Shown: positions 1 to 9,596 of the stretch, one piece after another
Layout: each line of letters begins with the position of its first letter
Position numbering within the stretch: position 1 is the stretch's first letter
DNA from: an uncultured Gammaproteobacteria bacterium
GTDB taxonomy: Bacteria; Pseudomonadota; Gammaproteobacteria; Steroidobacterales; Rariloculaceae
Direction of reading: 5' to 3'
DNA length: 64,000 nucleotides
NCBI GenBank assembly: GCA_963714705.1
Contig: CAVQPJ010000005.1
Span: 192,291 to 256,290, forward strand
Notes under the pieces: generated by a model
What the model was told of the DNA's origin: nothing
Database searches by the model: none
The model's input: the letters and a program-made list of their open reading frames with translations, nothing else
Translations under genes and position numbers: made by a program

Positions 1-5
1 TGCAA

Positions 6-1353
6 GTGCCTAAAGCCGCTACGAAAACCCATTCGCCCAAGGTCGGCTTCGTGAGCCTCGGCTGCCCGAAGGCGCTCGTCGATTCGGAGCGAATCCTGAG
101 CCAGCTGCGGGCCGAGGGTTACGAGACGGCCGCCGACTACGCCGGCGCCGACGTCGTCGTCGTCAATACGTGCGGGTTCCTCGACAGCGCGCGCGCCGAG
201 TCGCTCGACGCGATCGGCGAGGCGCTCGCCGAGAACGGCCGCGTCATCGTCACGGGCTGCCTCGGCGCCGAGGCGAACGTGATTCGCGACGCACACCCGA
301 ACGTGCTCGCGATCACGGGGCCGCATCAATATGAAGCCGTCGTCACAGCCGTGCACGCAGTGGTCCCGCCGCCGCACGATCCGTTCGTCGATCTCGTGCC
401 GGCGCAAGGCGTCAAGCTGACACCACGCCACTACGCGTACTTGAAGATCTCCGAGGGCTGCAATCACCGCTGCAGCTTCTGCATCATCCCGCGCCTTGCG
501 CGGCGACCTCGTCAGCCGCCCCGCGGCCGACGTGCTCGGCGAAGCGGAGCGCCTCGTACGTGCCGGCGTGCGCGAGCTGCTCGTGATCTCGCAGGACACG
601 AGCGCGTACGGCGTCGACGTCAAGTACCAGGAGTCGGCGTGGCGCGGACGCAATGTCGCCGCCCGCATCACGGATCTCGCCGCCGGCCTCGGCGAGCTCG
701 GCGCGTGGGTGCGCTTGCACTACGTCTACCCGTACCCGCACGTCGACGACCTGATTCCGCTGATGGCCGACGGCAAGGTGCTGCCGTATCTCGACGTGCC
801 GTTCCAGCACGCGAGCCCGAAGATCCTGAAAGCGATGAAACGGCCCGCGGCCGAAGCGAAGACGCTGCAGCGCATTCGCGAGTGGCGCAAGGCCGTGCCC
901 GAGCTCACGATCCGCTCGACGTTCATCGTCGGCTTCCCCGGCGAGACCGAGCAGGACTTCCAAATGCTGCTCGATTGGCTCGAAGAGGCCGAGCTCGACC
1001 GCGTCGGCTGCTTCCGCTACGAGCCCGTGCACAACGCGGCCGCGAACGCGCTGCCGAACGCCGTGCCCGAAGAATTGAAAGAAGAACGCTGGCACCGTTT
1101 CATGGCGGCGCAGCAAGTGATCAGCGCGCGGCGGCTACAGCAGCGCGTCGGCGCGAGACATCGACGTCATCGTCGACGAGCTCGACGGCGAGCAAGCGCT
1201 CGGCCGGTCGATGGCCGATGCGCCCGAGATCGACGGCCGCGTCTATCTGCCAGCCGGCAAAGGCGCTCGAAGAAAATCAAAGCAGGCAGCATCGTGACGG
1301 CGCGCGTCACGAGCGCCGACGAGTACGATCTTTGGGCTGAGCCCGTCGGCTGA
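6..1353 (+). CDS. rimO: Ribosomal protein S12 methylthiotransferase RimO (frameshifted, reconstructed)
   Basis: N-terminal [13 protein letters not shown] and VVNTCGF, radical-SAM motif [11 protein letters not shown]-terminal TRAM-like end (ADEYDLWA). Split over ORFs 6..1340 and 496..1353 by indels. Confidence 0.95.
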
Positions 1354-1538
1354 GCCCTCGCTCCGACGACGGTAGGGGCGCGGTGAGCCGACGGCGCCGC
1401 CGTTTTGTCGTGTCCGGTTTGCCTTTCCGGGATCTCTGGAATATACGACACTCGATCCAGGCAGGAGGGTATACATCTAGTTCAGCGGTCAAGGGTGGCG
1501 GGCGTCGCCAGGAGAGACAACTTTGGTGAGAGGAGCGC

Positions 1539-1922
1539 ATGGAGAGGTCCGTTGAAATCTTCGCCATCATTCTGATCGGCGTCATTGGTCTCTCTCACCT
1601 CCTGCAACCCAGGGCCTGGGCGCAGTACTTCATTCTCCTGCGAAGCAAGGGCGAAGCTGGCGCCTTCGTGGACGGCTTTGTGCATCTGCCGTTGGCAGCC
1701 TTCATTATCGCGTTTCATAACGTATGGTCTGGCATACCGGCCGTCCTCACGCTCCTGGGCTGGTGCTTCCTCATCAAGAGCCTCGTTCGCTTCTGCCTAC
1801 CGAAACTGGCGCTGCGGATGATGGAGCGGGTCTCCGTCGAGCGGACGCGCGAGGTCCAAGTGGCTGGCGCCGCACTTATGGTCCTTGTCGGGGTCCTTGG
1901 CTATGGGGTCTGGGCTGGCTAA
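1539..1922 (+). CDS. Small integral membrane protein, hypothetical (possible gene cassette)
   Basis: 127 aa with about 4 hydrophobic segments, GAGGAG RBS, visibly lower GC than flanks, followed by an attC site. Confidence 0.75.
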   Translation: MERSVEIFAIILIGVIGLSHLLQPRAWAQYFILLRSKGEAGAFVDGFVHLPLAAFIIAFHNVWSGIPAVLTLLGWCFLIKSLVRFCLPKLALRMMERVSVERTREVQVAGAALMVLVGVLGYGVWAG

Positions 1923-1980
1923 CAGCACACTCGCAAAATGCGCGCGTGCGGTGTGCGACGACTGGTAGCTTAGTGGTGAC

Positions 1981-2067
1981 GCCGAACAACCGGTTGCAGC
2001 GGACGGTGATGGATAAAGTGCCAAGGCACATACGTCATCGCGCCGCCGCTGAACCGGAACGTTAGGC
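1981..2067 (+). mobile_element. Integron attC recombination site
   Basis: R'' GCCGAAC (1981) and R' GTTAGGC (2061-2067, fits GTTRRRY). L boxes CCGGTTGCAGCGG / CCGCTGAACCGG pair with one extrahelical base. 87 bp long; next ORF starts 10 nt after R'. Confidence 0.85.
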
Positions 2068-2076
2068 GCTGACGCG

Positions 2077-2589
2077 ATGACCTGTGTCATTCGTCGCGCT
2101 CTCGTCTCTGACGTCACCGCGGCGTGCGAGGTTGTCCGCCGTTCTATCGTTGAGTTGTGTCACGCCGATCACCACGGTGATCCGGACACCTTGGCGGGGT
2201 GGCTCGCGAACAAGACTCCAGCCAACTTTGAGCGATGGATTACCTCGGAGCAGCACGTTGCGATCGTCGCGGAGATTGATGGTGCTCTGGTTGGCTTTGG
2301 GCTGCTGAACCTTCAGGGGACGATCGCGCTTCTCTATGTCTCTCCAGATGTCCGATTTCGTGGCGTTAGCAAAGGTCTGCTGACCGCCTTGGAGAGGGAG
2401 GCAATTGTCGCGGGTATTCGGGAGGTCAAGCTCGAGAGTAGTCTAACTGCGCTGCCTTTTTACTCACGGTTTGGGTATACCTCGAGCGGCACACCGTGTA
2501 AGGGAGTTGGTGTTACAGCTTGCTATCCGATGTCCCGGCGAGTCTCTCCAGCGACGGAGAGCTCTATCAATGGCGTGCCAAGCGCATGA
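2077..2589 (+). CDS. GNAT family N-acetyltransferase (gene cassette)
   Basis: LYVSPDVRFRGVSKGLL acetyl-CoA motif A and ALPFYSRFGY motif B. Lower GC. Lies between an attC and a degenerate attC. Confidence 0.88.
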   Translation: MTCVIRRALVSDVTAACEVVRRSIVELCHADHHGDPDTLAGWLANKTPANFERWITSEQHVAIVAEIDGALVGFGLLNLQGTIALLYVSPDVRFRGVSKGLLTALEREAIVAGIREVKLESSLTALPFYSRFGYTSSGTPCKGVGVTACYPMSRRVSPATESSINGVPSA

Positions 2590-2625
2590 CAAGCAGTTGC
2601 AGTGGACCGTGAACCGGCGCCTAGC
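2584..2625 (+). mobile_element. Degenerate, internally deleted attC remnant
   Basis: GCATGACAAGCAGTTGCAGTGGACCG resembles the left end of attC 1981, and TGAACCGGCGCCTAG resembles its right end. The GNAT stop codon lies in the R''-like heptamer. Confidence 0.55.
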
Positions 2626-3740
2626 TACCGGACCGGAATCCCGGCGCCTTCAGCGATTGGTTGACCGCCGACGCCCAGTCCACCCTGCACGGGCCGCCGC
2701 GGTCGAATGATTCCCTTCAACCTGTCTGCCTCCACCGCACGGTCCTCGGCGCGCTCGGCCCCGAGCGACTGAAGCAGCGCGTAGTTGCCCTCGTGGCAGT
2801 CGTAGGGCAGCAGTTTGCCTCCCTCGAGCGGCGTTAGCGGATATGACATCGTGAACGGCCGCACATAGGTCACGGGATCGTCCACGGTTGTCTGGTACTG
2901 GAGGGCGTCGTCGGCCAGGCGCTTGAAGCGCTCGGTGATCTTCATCTGCGTGCTGTGACGATTGCCGTTGCCGTTGAGGCCGATCGCCGTCCGGTCCGTG
3001 AGATTCGTGGTTTCGACCACGAGCTCGTCGCCTTCCCAATGCGCGCGCGAATCCCCGAGGTATTGATGTATCGCTTGGTTGATGTGGGGCCGGCCGTCGG
3101 TATAGATGAGGCGCGTGTCGTGAATCATCTCGTACGAGATCGCCACGACGCCGGGCGCCTGCACGATGCGCTGGCCGTTGCCGTAGACCACGCGCAGCGA
3201 CGAGCCGGCGATACCGCGCGTAATGCAGCGTTCATAGGTCGAAAAGTCGGTATAGCTGTCGAGCGGCCCATTGCCGTACGTGCCGCGCGGCATGGGCCGC
3301 GTCATGCCTTCGGGTGTGTAGGCGGGCATCCGCCCGTCGGCGGGATCGACGATCAACGACGTCTGCCAAAACGCGCGCCGCGCGAAGTCCTGGCGGAAGC
3401 TGCTGGTCGCTTCGTTCTCGGCCCGCTCGACGCCGCTCTCGACCTGCTTGGCGCGCTCCGCGTACTCCTCTTCGTTGAGATACAGCCGGTCGCCAAACTC
3501 CTCCCGGCGCGACAGTGGAATACCCGCGGTGTCGTCGCTCGACCAGACACCCTGCAAGTCGGGCTCGCCCCACGATGTGCGGCGCGCGGCATACGGAGGT
3601 GCGGTCGTTTCGCCAAACGCGGTGATCACGAGCGGCGGAGCGGCGCCCTGTTCCTGACCCGCGACCGGATGCGGAACGAGAACGGCCGCGCCGACGAGCG
3701 CTGCGACAGTGCCAAGAGAACCGAGCAGTCGTATTGCCAT
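2625..3740 (-). CDS. Secreted hypothetical protein, WGxPDLxGxW / CITRG / YxCHEGN family, paralogue 1
   Basis: Signal peptide; motifs RTSWGEPDLQGVW, YERCITRG, EMIHDTR, YDCHEGN shared with 4936..5976 and 7339..8472. Confidence 0.85.
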   Translation of the reverse strand: MAIRLLGSLGTVAALVGAAVLVPHPVAGQEQGAAPPLVITAFGETTAPPYAARRTSWGEPDLQGVWSSDDTAGIPLSRREEFGDRLYLNEEEYAERAKQVESGVERAENEATSSFRQDFARRAFWQTSLIVDPADGRMPAYTPEGMTRPMPRGTYGNGPLDSYTDFSTYERCITRGIAGSSLRVVYGNGQRIVQAPGVVAISYEMIHDTRLIYTDGRPHINQAIHQYLGDSRAHWEGDELVVETTNLTDRTAIGLNGNGNRHSTQMKITERFKRLADDALQYQTTVDDPVTYVRPFTMSYPLTPLEGGKLLPYDCHEGNYALLQSLGAERAEDRAVEADRLKGIIRPRRPVQGGLGVGGQPIAEGAGIPVR

Positions 3741-3913
3741 CGGCGGACTCCTCGCGGTGGGTGTCGTTCGTTCGGCATGATCGCTCCTGGAATGCTGGCT
3801 CGCAATGGAAGCCGAGGACTAGGCGGATGCCGAGTCGCGGCAATACACTGCGCAGCGAGCCAGCCCGTGTCTCTTAGCCAAGCACTAGAAGAACCAAGGG
3901 GGAGTCCGTCACC

Positions 3914-4459
3914 ATGAAATCCATCGCACAACCGTTAAGCAGGGCCCTGCTGGGCGCTTTGAGCGTCGCCTGCCTCGCACTGACCTTGAGCTCAGGTGCG
4001 CGCGCGGAGGAAGTCACCGCCGCAACACTCGTCGACCGCCTCCAGATCCACGATCTAATAACGCGCTACTACAACAATTTCGGCCGCGAGAACGCGGAAA
4101 ACTTCGCGGACTTCTATGCCGAGGACGCCGAGCTGATTCTCGGCGAGCGCCACTTCAAAGGCAGAAACGGGATCATGGAGGCCTACGGCCGCGCGCCAGG
4201 GCAGGCGCCGCGTCCACCGCCGCCGCCGCGATACTCCTTCATCGTGGCGGTCGACAATCCACTCATCGTCGTGCACGGCGAGACGGCGACCGCGCAGCTC
4301 GTCTACACCGAGTACGTGATCGAAAAGCAGGGCGATCAGGTCAAGGTCATCACACAGGGCAAGGAATACAGCACCTTCGCCAAAGTCGACGGCCATTGGC
4401 GTTACAAGACGCGTCTGATCAAAGGCGGTACGGAGCTGCCGGAAGGCTGGAAGGAGTAA
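3914..4459 (+). CDS. SnoaL-like / NTF2 family protein, secreted
   Basis: Signal peptide, DRLQIHDLITRY, FADFYAEDAEL, KVDGHWRYKTR. Confidence 0.8.
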   Translation: MKSIAQPLSRALLGALSVACLALTLSSGARAEEVTAATLVDRLQIHDLITRYYNNFGRENAENFADFYAEDAELILGERHFKGRNGIMEAYGRAPGQAPRPPPPPRYSFIVAVDNPLIVVHGETATAQLVYTEYVIEKQGDQVKVITQGKEYSTFAKVDGHWRYKTRLIKGGTELPEGWKE

Positions 4460-4510
4460 GCCCGACCGCAAGTACCATTGGCCTCTCGGCAGGCGGCCGG
4501 ACGACCACAG

Positions 4511-4903
4511 ATGGCAGGTGTTACTCACACCGGCGGCTGCCACTGCGGGCGCGTGCGGTTCGAGGTCGTCGCACCGGCGCGCATCGAGGTCACTGAGTGC
4601 GACTGCTCGATCTGCAGCAAGTCGGGTTACCTTCATCTGATCGTGCCGAAATCGCGGTTCAAGCTCCTGTCGGGCACGGACGCGCTCACGACGTACGAGT
4701 TCAACACGAACACGGCGAAGCATTTGTTCTGCACCGTCTGCGGCATCAAGGCGTTCTACGTGCCGCGCTCGCACCCGGACGGTTACAGCGTCAACGCGCG
4801 CTGTCTCGACGAAGGAACCGTCGAGCACATGACGATCAAGCCTTCCGACGGCAAGAACTGGGAGAAGACGCACGGCTCGGGGCGCGGCACCCCGCTCGAG
4901 TGA
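4511..4903 (+). CDS. GFA / CENP-V family zinc-binding protein
   Basis: GGCHCGRVRF, CDCSIC, HLFCTVCG, PRSHPDGYSVN. Confidence 0.92.
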   Translation: MAGVTHTGGCHCGRVRFEVVAPARIEVTECDCSICSKSGYLHLIVPKSRFKLLSGTDALTTYEFNTNTAKHLFCTVCGIKAFYVPRSHPDGYSVNARCLDEGTVEHMTIKPSDGKNWEKTHGSGRGTPLE

Positions 4904-4935
4904 CCGCTCAGCAATGGTCGTCCTGACGCGTCCTT

Positions 4936-5976
4936 CTAGCGCTTCCCCGCCGCGGCGCGCTCGTCGGCGCGGTGCCCGCTCAGGATGTTGAACATCGCGA
5001 GGTTGCCCTCGTGGCACGCGTACTCGAACATGCCGTAGCCGTCGTCGCGCTGCAGCGGCAGCTCGAGCGTCCACGGCCCCGTCCACGTCTCGGGATCCTC
5101 GACGGTGAGCTTGAGCACGAGCGTGTCGGCGTCGACGCGCGTGTAGCGCTCCGTGATCTTCAGCTTGTCGCTGTGGCGCGCTTGGCCGACGTTCGTGCGG
5201 TCCGTGAAGTTCATCGTCTCGACGACGAGCGTATCGCCGTCGAAATGGCCGCGCGAGTCGCCGACCCATTGCTTGATCGCTGTGCTGAGCGGCGGGCGGC
5301 CGTCGAGCGGGATGACGCGCGCCTCGTGGATCATCTCGTTCGTGATCACGACGTAGCCCGGCGACTGCACGATCTGGTTGCCGGCGTTGTAGATCGCCGG
5401 CGTCAGCGAGCCGACCATGCCGCGCGTGATGCAGCGGTCGTAGAGGCTGCGGTCCGTGTACGAATCCGCGGGGCCGCGGCCCCGGCTCGCCTCGCGCAGC
5501 GCGGCTTGCCGCGCCTGGGCGGTCTCGGTCATCGGCGGCATGCGGCCGTTCGGCGGATCGATGATCAACGAAGCCTGTTTCTGCGGATCGCCGCGCTCGA
5601 GCCAATGCGGCGGCGGCGAGACGGGCCCGCCGACGGCGCCGCCGGGCGTCGTCGCGGCGTTCTCGAGGTCGAAGTCGGCGTTGTCGAGCTCGTCCTGTCG
5701 CGCGAACTCTGCCTCGCGCGTCGTGTACTCCTCCTCGGTAAGCCAGTTGCGGAGCCCAAGCTTCTCATCACGCTGCATCGGCACGCCGACCATCGCCGTG
5801 CCGGGCCAGACGCCCGAGAGATCGGGGTCGCCCCACGACGTGCGCGGGACCTTATAGGGCGTGTCATTCGCGGAATCGGCGCTCTGCTGGGCGTGCGCCG
5901 CCGTGAATGCCAAGACGGCGGCTAGCGCCGTCAACCACGACCGGTCGAGTGTCCGCATGCTGCTCCCCCGTTGCAT
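4936..5976 (-). CDS. Secreted hypothetical protein, same family, paralogue 2
   Basis: Signal peptide; RTSWGDPDLSGVW, YDRCITRG, EMIHEAR, EYACHEGN. Start may be 5958. Confidence 0.85.
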   Translation of the reverse strand: MQRGSSMRTLDRSWLTALAAVLAFTAAHAQQSADSANDTPYKVPRTSWGDPDLSGVWPGTAMVGVPMQRDEKLGLRNWLTEEEYTTREAEFARQDELDNADFDLENAATTPGGAVGGPVSPPPHWLERGDPQKQASLIIDPPNGRMPPMTETAQARQAALREASRGRGPADSYTDRSLYDRCITRGMVGSLTPAIYNAGNQIVQSPGYVVITNEMIHEARVIPLDGRPPLSTAIKQWVGDSRGHFDGDTLVVETMNFTDRTNVGQARHSDKLKITERYTRVDADTLVLKLTVEDPETWTGPWTLELPLQRDDGYGMFEYACHEGNLAMFNILSGHRADERAAAGKR

Positions 5977-6100
5977 GGGCTATAGGCCCATCTTCCGCCG
6001 CGCCCCCGAGCGGCGCAACGGCGGGGGCTACTCGTACCGCAAAGCCTCGAGCGGCGATGCGCTACCGCGGCTGTTGATTACACGCGCGGGGCTGCCAGAC

Positions 6101-6131
6101 TTGACGAGCCCTTGTTATAACGTGATATAAC
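6101..6131 (+). promoter_or_regulatory. Sigma70-like promoter overlapping a palindromic operator
   Basis: TTGACG at 6101. Inverted repeat GTTATA-N6-TATAAC at 6114-6131, ending 6 nt before the ATG at 6138. Confidence 0.65.
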
Positions 6132-6137
6132 TACGCC

Positions 6138-6575
6138 ATGCGACTCACGATCCGCCGCATTGGCAACTCTCTAGGGGTCATCGTCCCGAAACCCGCGCTC
6201 GAGGCGTGGGGCCTCGGCGAGGGCGACACGCTGGAGCTTACGGCTCGAGGCATCGGCCCTCGCCGGCAGCGTGACTCCCACGATGTGCTCGACGAGCACA
6301 AGCGGAGGCTCGCTGCCGCGGTCGCCACGCAGTTCCCGGCGAACGCGATCCGCGCGCACGGCCTCGCGAACCTGCACCGCTGGCGGGCAGCTGGCGCGTG
6401 GGTGTCCGCGTACGACGAATGGGCGGACATCCTGCGCGGCGGCGACGACGGCGCCTTGTTCGCCGCCATGCTGGGCAGAGACGAGCGCGCGAACCGGCTG
6501 CGCCAGTCGCCACCTTACGTAGGCCTGTTGCCGCGCGACGAGGTCGCGAAGCTCAATGAAGAAGCAGCAGCTTGA
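6138..6575 (+). CDS. AbrB/MazE/SpoVT DNA-binding domain fused to a helical domain (putative antitoxin)
   Basis: MRLTIRRIGNSLGVIVPK...GLGEGDTLEL swapped-hairpin signature; C-terminal ...RLRQSPPYVGLL. Overlaps the next gene. Confidence 0.8.
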   Translation: MRLTIRRIGNSLGVIVPKPALEAWGLGEGDTLELTARGIGPRRQRDSHDVLDEHKRRLAAAVATQFPANAIRAHGLANLHRWRAAGAWVSAYDEWADILRGGDDGALFAAMLGRDERANRLRQSPPYVGLLPRDEVAKLNEEAAA

Positions 6576-7080
6576 TCACGTGCTGCGCGCGGCCGGCCGG
6601 ATCACGGGAGAGACGCAATTCGTGATCGTCGGTAGCCAATCGCTGCACGGACGCTATCCTGATGCCGCCGACGAGATCGTACGTTCGGCCGAAGTCGACT
6701 TGATCGCCAAGAACGCTCCGCAGCGCACGGAGTGGCTCAACGTCATCGGCCAAGACTCGCCGTTTCACGAGGAATTCGGTTACTACGCGGACCCCGTGGA
6801 CGAAACGACGGCCACGTTGCCGCGCGGCTGGAAGGGGCGACTGGTAAATCTGCCGCCTGGCGACACCGAAGGGGTGCGCGGCCTGTGCCTCGATCCGCAC
6901 GACCTGGCAATCTCGAAGTACGTCGCACGGCGCGAGAAGGACCGCGCCTTCACGCGCGAGCTCGCGCGGCGCGCGATCGTCGGCCGCAAGCAGCTCCTCG
7001 CGCTCGTCGATAAGACGCCTGTCAGCGAAGACGTTCGCAAGCGCATCCGCGCCGACATCGCGGCCGACTTCGCGGGCTGA
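6556..7080 (+). CDS. DUF6036-like nucleotidyltransferase
   Basis: IVGSQS...SAEVD (G-S plus ExD NTase motif), FHEEFGYYAD, LPRGWKGRL, DLAISK...REKD. Confidence 0.75.
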   Translation: MKKQQLDHVLRAAGRITGETQFVIVGSQSLHGRYPDAADEIVRSAEVDLIAKNAPQRTEWLNVIGQDSPFHEEFGYYADPVDETTATLPRGWKGRLVNLPPGDTEGVRGLCLDPHDLAISKYVARREKDRAFTRELARRAIVGRKQLLALVDKTPVSEDVRKRIRADIAADFAG

Positions 7081-7104
7081 CGGCGGTCGCACCCGTCTAT
7101 TGCG

Positions 7105-7329
7105 TCAGAGCTTGGGGCGCATCCAGCACCAGACGATCTCCGCGATGCCGACGACCGCAAGGATCGCGCCGTAGAACGTCCAGCGGATGTCGTTGACCAT
7201 GAAGCCTTGCATGATCGCGGCGGGCCCGACGCCCAACCCCTGCATCATCCAAACGGAACCGCTCAAGATCATCAGCAAGCCGACAAGGCTCGTGACGATT
7301 CGCATGACGATGTCGAACGCGCGGCGCAT
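7105..7329 (-). CDS. Small two-helix membrane protein
   Basis: 74 aa, GxVWxxQGLG...FM...W pattern; 9 nt downstream of the 7339 gene. Confidence 0.7.
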   Translation of the reverse strand: MRRAFDIVMRIVTSLVGLLMILSGSVWMMQGLGVGPAAIMQGFMVNDIRWTFYGAILAVVGIAEIVWCWMRPKL

Positions 7330-7338
7330 GGCGCTCGG

Positions 7339-8472
7339 CTACTCGCCGGCGTTGATGTCGAAGTAGCGCTGGCCTTCGGCCGGCACTCCGTTGCGGATTT
7401 GCTCGTGATTGACCGCGCGCGCGGGTATCGGCAAACCCTTGGCCTTCGCTTCGGCGACTTGCTGCTCGTATACGCGCTCGCCGGAGAGCGAATGAGCGAC
7501 GGCGCCGTTGCCCTCGTGGCACGAGTACTCGAGCACCTCGTAGCCGGGGCGCGACGTGATCATTACGCGCAACGACCACGGCGCCGTGAACGCGCCGGGA
7601 TCCTCGACCCTCGCGACGTACTCGATCATCGCGGGATCGACGCGCGTGAGTCGCTCCGTGAGCTTGAGCTCTTGCGTGTTCGGCACCCCGCCGCCGTTGC
7701 TGCCGACGCTCGTTCTATCGGTGAAGTTCGTCGTCTCGATGACGAGCGTGTCGCCCTCGAAGCGGCCGCGCGCGCTCCCCATCCACTGGCGAATGCCGTT
7801 GTCGAGCGCGGGCCGGCCGTCGAGCGGGATGATGCGCGTGTCGTGGATCATCTCGTAGCTGATCGCCACGGACTCCGGGTTCTGCGTGATGCGTACGCCG
7901 TTGCCGTAGATGACAGGCAGCAGCGACCCCAGCACGCCGCGCGTGATGCAGCGATCGTATAGCGAGAAGTCGCCGAAATCGTCGAACGGACCCGGGCCGA
8001 ACGTGCCGCGCGTTTGCGCACGCGCCGCGGCTTCGGCAGCCGGCGTCAGCGCGGGCAGCTGGCCGTCCGGCGGGTCGACGATCATCGACGTGTAGCCGAA
8101 CGTGCGAAGGCCGAACTCGTGGCGCAGGAACGTGCCCACGTTGACCGAGAAGTCGCGGCCGCTCTCGATCTCCTGGGCGCGCTTGGCGAATTCCTCTTGT
8201 GTCAGCGACGTGCGGTTCCCTTGGGTTGGCGGCCGAGTCACCGGCACGCCGCGGAAGTCGTCCGTGCTCCAGGCACCCTCGAAGCTCGGGTGGCCCCACG
8301 AGGTGCGCGGCGCTTTCCAGCTCTTGTCGACGTAAGCCGCGGCCGTCGTCTCGGCCGGGACGCGACGCAGCGCCGACACCGGCGCCGAGGCGTTCTCCTG
8401 AGCGACGGCGGCCGCCGTCAGGCCGCCAGCGGCTAACGCGAGGAGCGTCCTATTTCCGAGGCTGATTCGCAT
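7339..8472 (-). CDS. Secreted hypothetical protein, same family, paralogue 3
   Basis: Signal peptide; RTSWGHPSFEGAW, YDRCITRG, EMIHDTR, EYSCHEGN. Confidence 0.85.
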   Translation of the reverse strand: MRISLGNRTLLALAAGGLTAAAVAQENASAPVSALRRVPAETTAAAYVDKSWKAPRTSWGHPSFEGAWSTDDFRGVPVTRPPTQGNRTSLTQEEFAKRAQEIESGRDFSVNVGTFLRHEFGLRTFGYTSMIVDPPDGQLPALTPAAEAAARAQTRGTFGPGPFDDFGDFSLYDRCITRGVLGSLLPVIYGNGVRITQNPESVAISYEMIHDTRIIPLDGRPALDNGIRQWMGSARGRFEGDTLVIETTNFTDRTSVGSNGGGVPNTQELKLTERLTRVDPAMIEYVARVEDPGAFTAPWSLRVMITSRPGYEVLEYSCHEGNGAVAHSLSGERVYEQQVAEAKAKGLPIPARAVNHEQIRNGVPAEGQRYFDINAGE

Positions 8473-8590
8473 GGCGCACCTCTTTCGGGACGTGTTGCCT
8501 GACTATAATCGACCTGAGACGCGTGCGGCGAGGTCGTCGCGCGCTTGCCGCCGGGCCGGTGAAGGCGTGCTCTGCAGGTGCGGCCGCGGC

Positions 8591-9223
8591 TCAGCTCAAC
8601 TGGTTGCGGCTCCAACACGCCGCGAGCTGCGGCACTTGCTCCGTGCGCGTCGCGATCGCGGCAAGCTTCGGCGTATTCGCCACGAACCACTCGCGCTTCG
8701 GCCGCCACCGAGTCATCACGCACACATAGATATCGAGAGCCGAGAAGCGCTCGCCGAGGAACCACGGCGCGCCCGCGACACCCTCGAGCACCGCGTAGAG
8801 CTTCTTCGCGTAGGCGTCGACGTGGCTGCGAAACGACTTCTGTGCTTCCTCACCGTCGACGAAGCGCGACGGCTCGTCGCCGTAGGTGTACGTCGGGTAG
8901 ACGTTGGCGACCAAGAAGACGAGCCAGCGCAGGAACGGCGCGCGTGCGGCGTCGGCGGCGCGGGGGACGAGCGAGTCCTTGCCCGTCACCTCCGCGAGAT
9001 AGAGCGTGATCGCCGCACTCTCCGTCAGCACTGCGCCGTCGGCGAGCACGAGCGTGGGTATCTGCGCGAGCGGGTTCGCGGCGCCGAGCCGCTCTCGGCT
9101 CTCCGCCGACTTGAACAGATTCCCGACGCGCTCGAGCTCGTACTCGATGCCGTACCAATCGAGCTGTGCCTCGACGATGGCCGAGCCCCAGCCGGGCTCG
9201 CCGAATAGCCGCATCTTGCCCAT
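8591..9223 (-). CDS. Glutathione S-transferase family protein
   Basis: NPLAQIPTL, LTESAAI, WFLGERFSALD. ATG at 9223 preferred over TTG at 9253. Confidence 0.92.
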   Translation of the reverse strand: MGKMRLFGEPGWGSAIVEAQLDWYGIEYELERVGNLFKSAESRERLGAANPLAQIPTLVLADGAVLTESAAITLYLAEVTGKDSLVPRAADAARAPFLRWLVFLVANVYPTYTYGDEPSRFVDGEEAQKSFRSHVDAYAKKLYAVLEGVAGAPWFLGERFSALDIYVCVMTRWRPKREWFVANTPKLAAIATRTEQVPQLAACWSRNQLS

Positions 9224-9249
9224 GAGCCGACGACTCCACGTGAGTCTGC

Positions 9250-9483
9250 TCAATATATAGCGTGGAGTGCAGTCGAGGCCCGGCAGATGCGGCCGATCTC
9301 CTCGCGCTCGGGGAAACGCGACGCGTGGCTACCCGAGCAGACCATATAGCCGGTGCCGGGCGGTTGGACTGCGAGCGAGTGCGGCCCGCCGCCCGTCGTG
9401 ACGGCGCAGCCGGCCAGCACGGCCGCCGCCAAAGCCAAGAACATGCCGCCTACCTGGCTGAAACGTTGCGATGTCGAGCTCAT
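9250..9483 (-). CDS. Small putative lipoprotein
   Basis: Lipobox VLAGC, two further Cys, AGGAGG RBS; divergent from LysR. Confidence 0.65.
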   Translation of the reverse strand: MSSTSQRFSQVGGMFLALAAAVLAGCAVTTGGGPHSLAVQPPGTGYMVCSGSHASRFPEREEIGRICRASTALHAIY

Positions 9484-9596
9484 TGAGGTGCCTCCTGAGG
9501 TTCGCGGTTGTATGACGCAGCGACATGCTAGGAGGCTGAAAATGGCTCCACATGGGTATATTCTTGGCCTACGATGATTTTTAGGAATACTAAGGC

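Noticed and set aside
1391-1408. Rho-independent terminator after rimO
   Set aside because: Only a 5-bp stem (ACGGC/GCCGT) with a short T run; too weak to call.
4055-5925. Long Arg/Ala/Pro-rich overlapping and antisense ORFs, here and throughout the track
   Set aside because: Shadow ORFs expected in high-GC DNA; they have no motifs and overlap well-supported genes.
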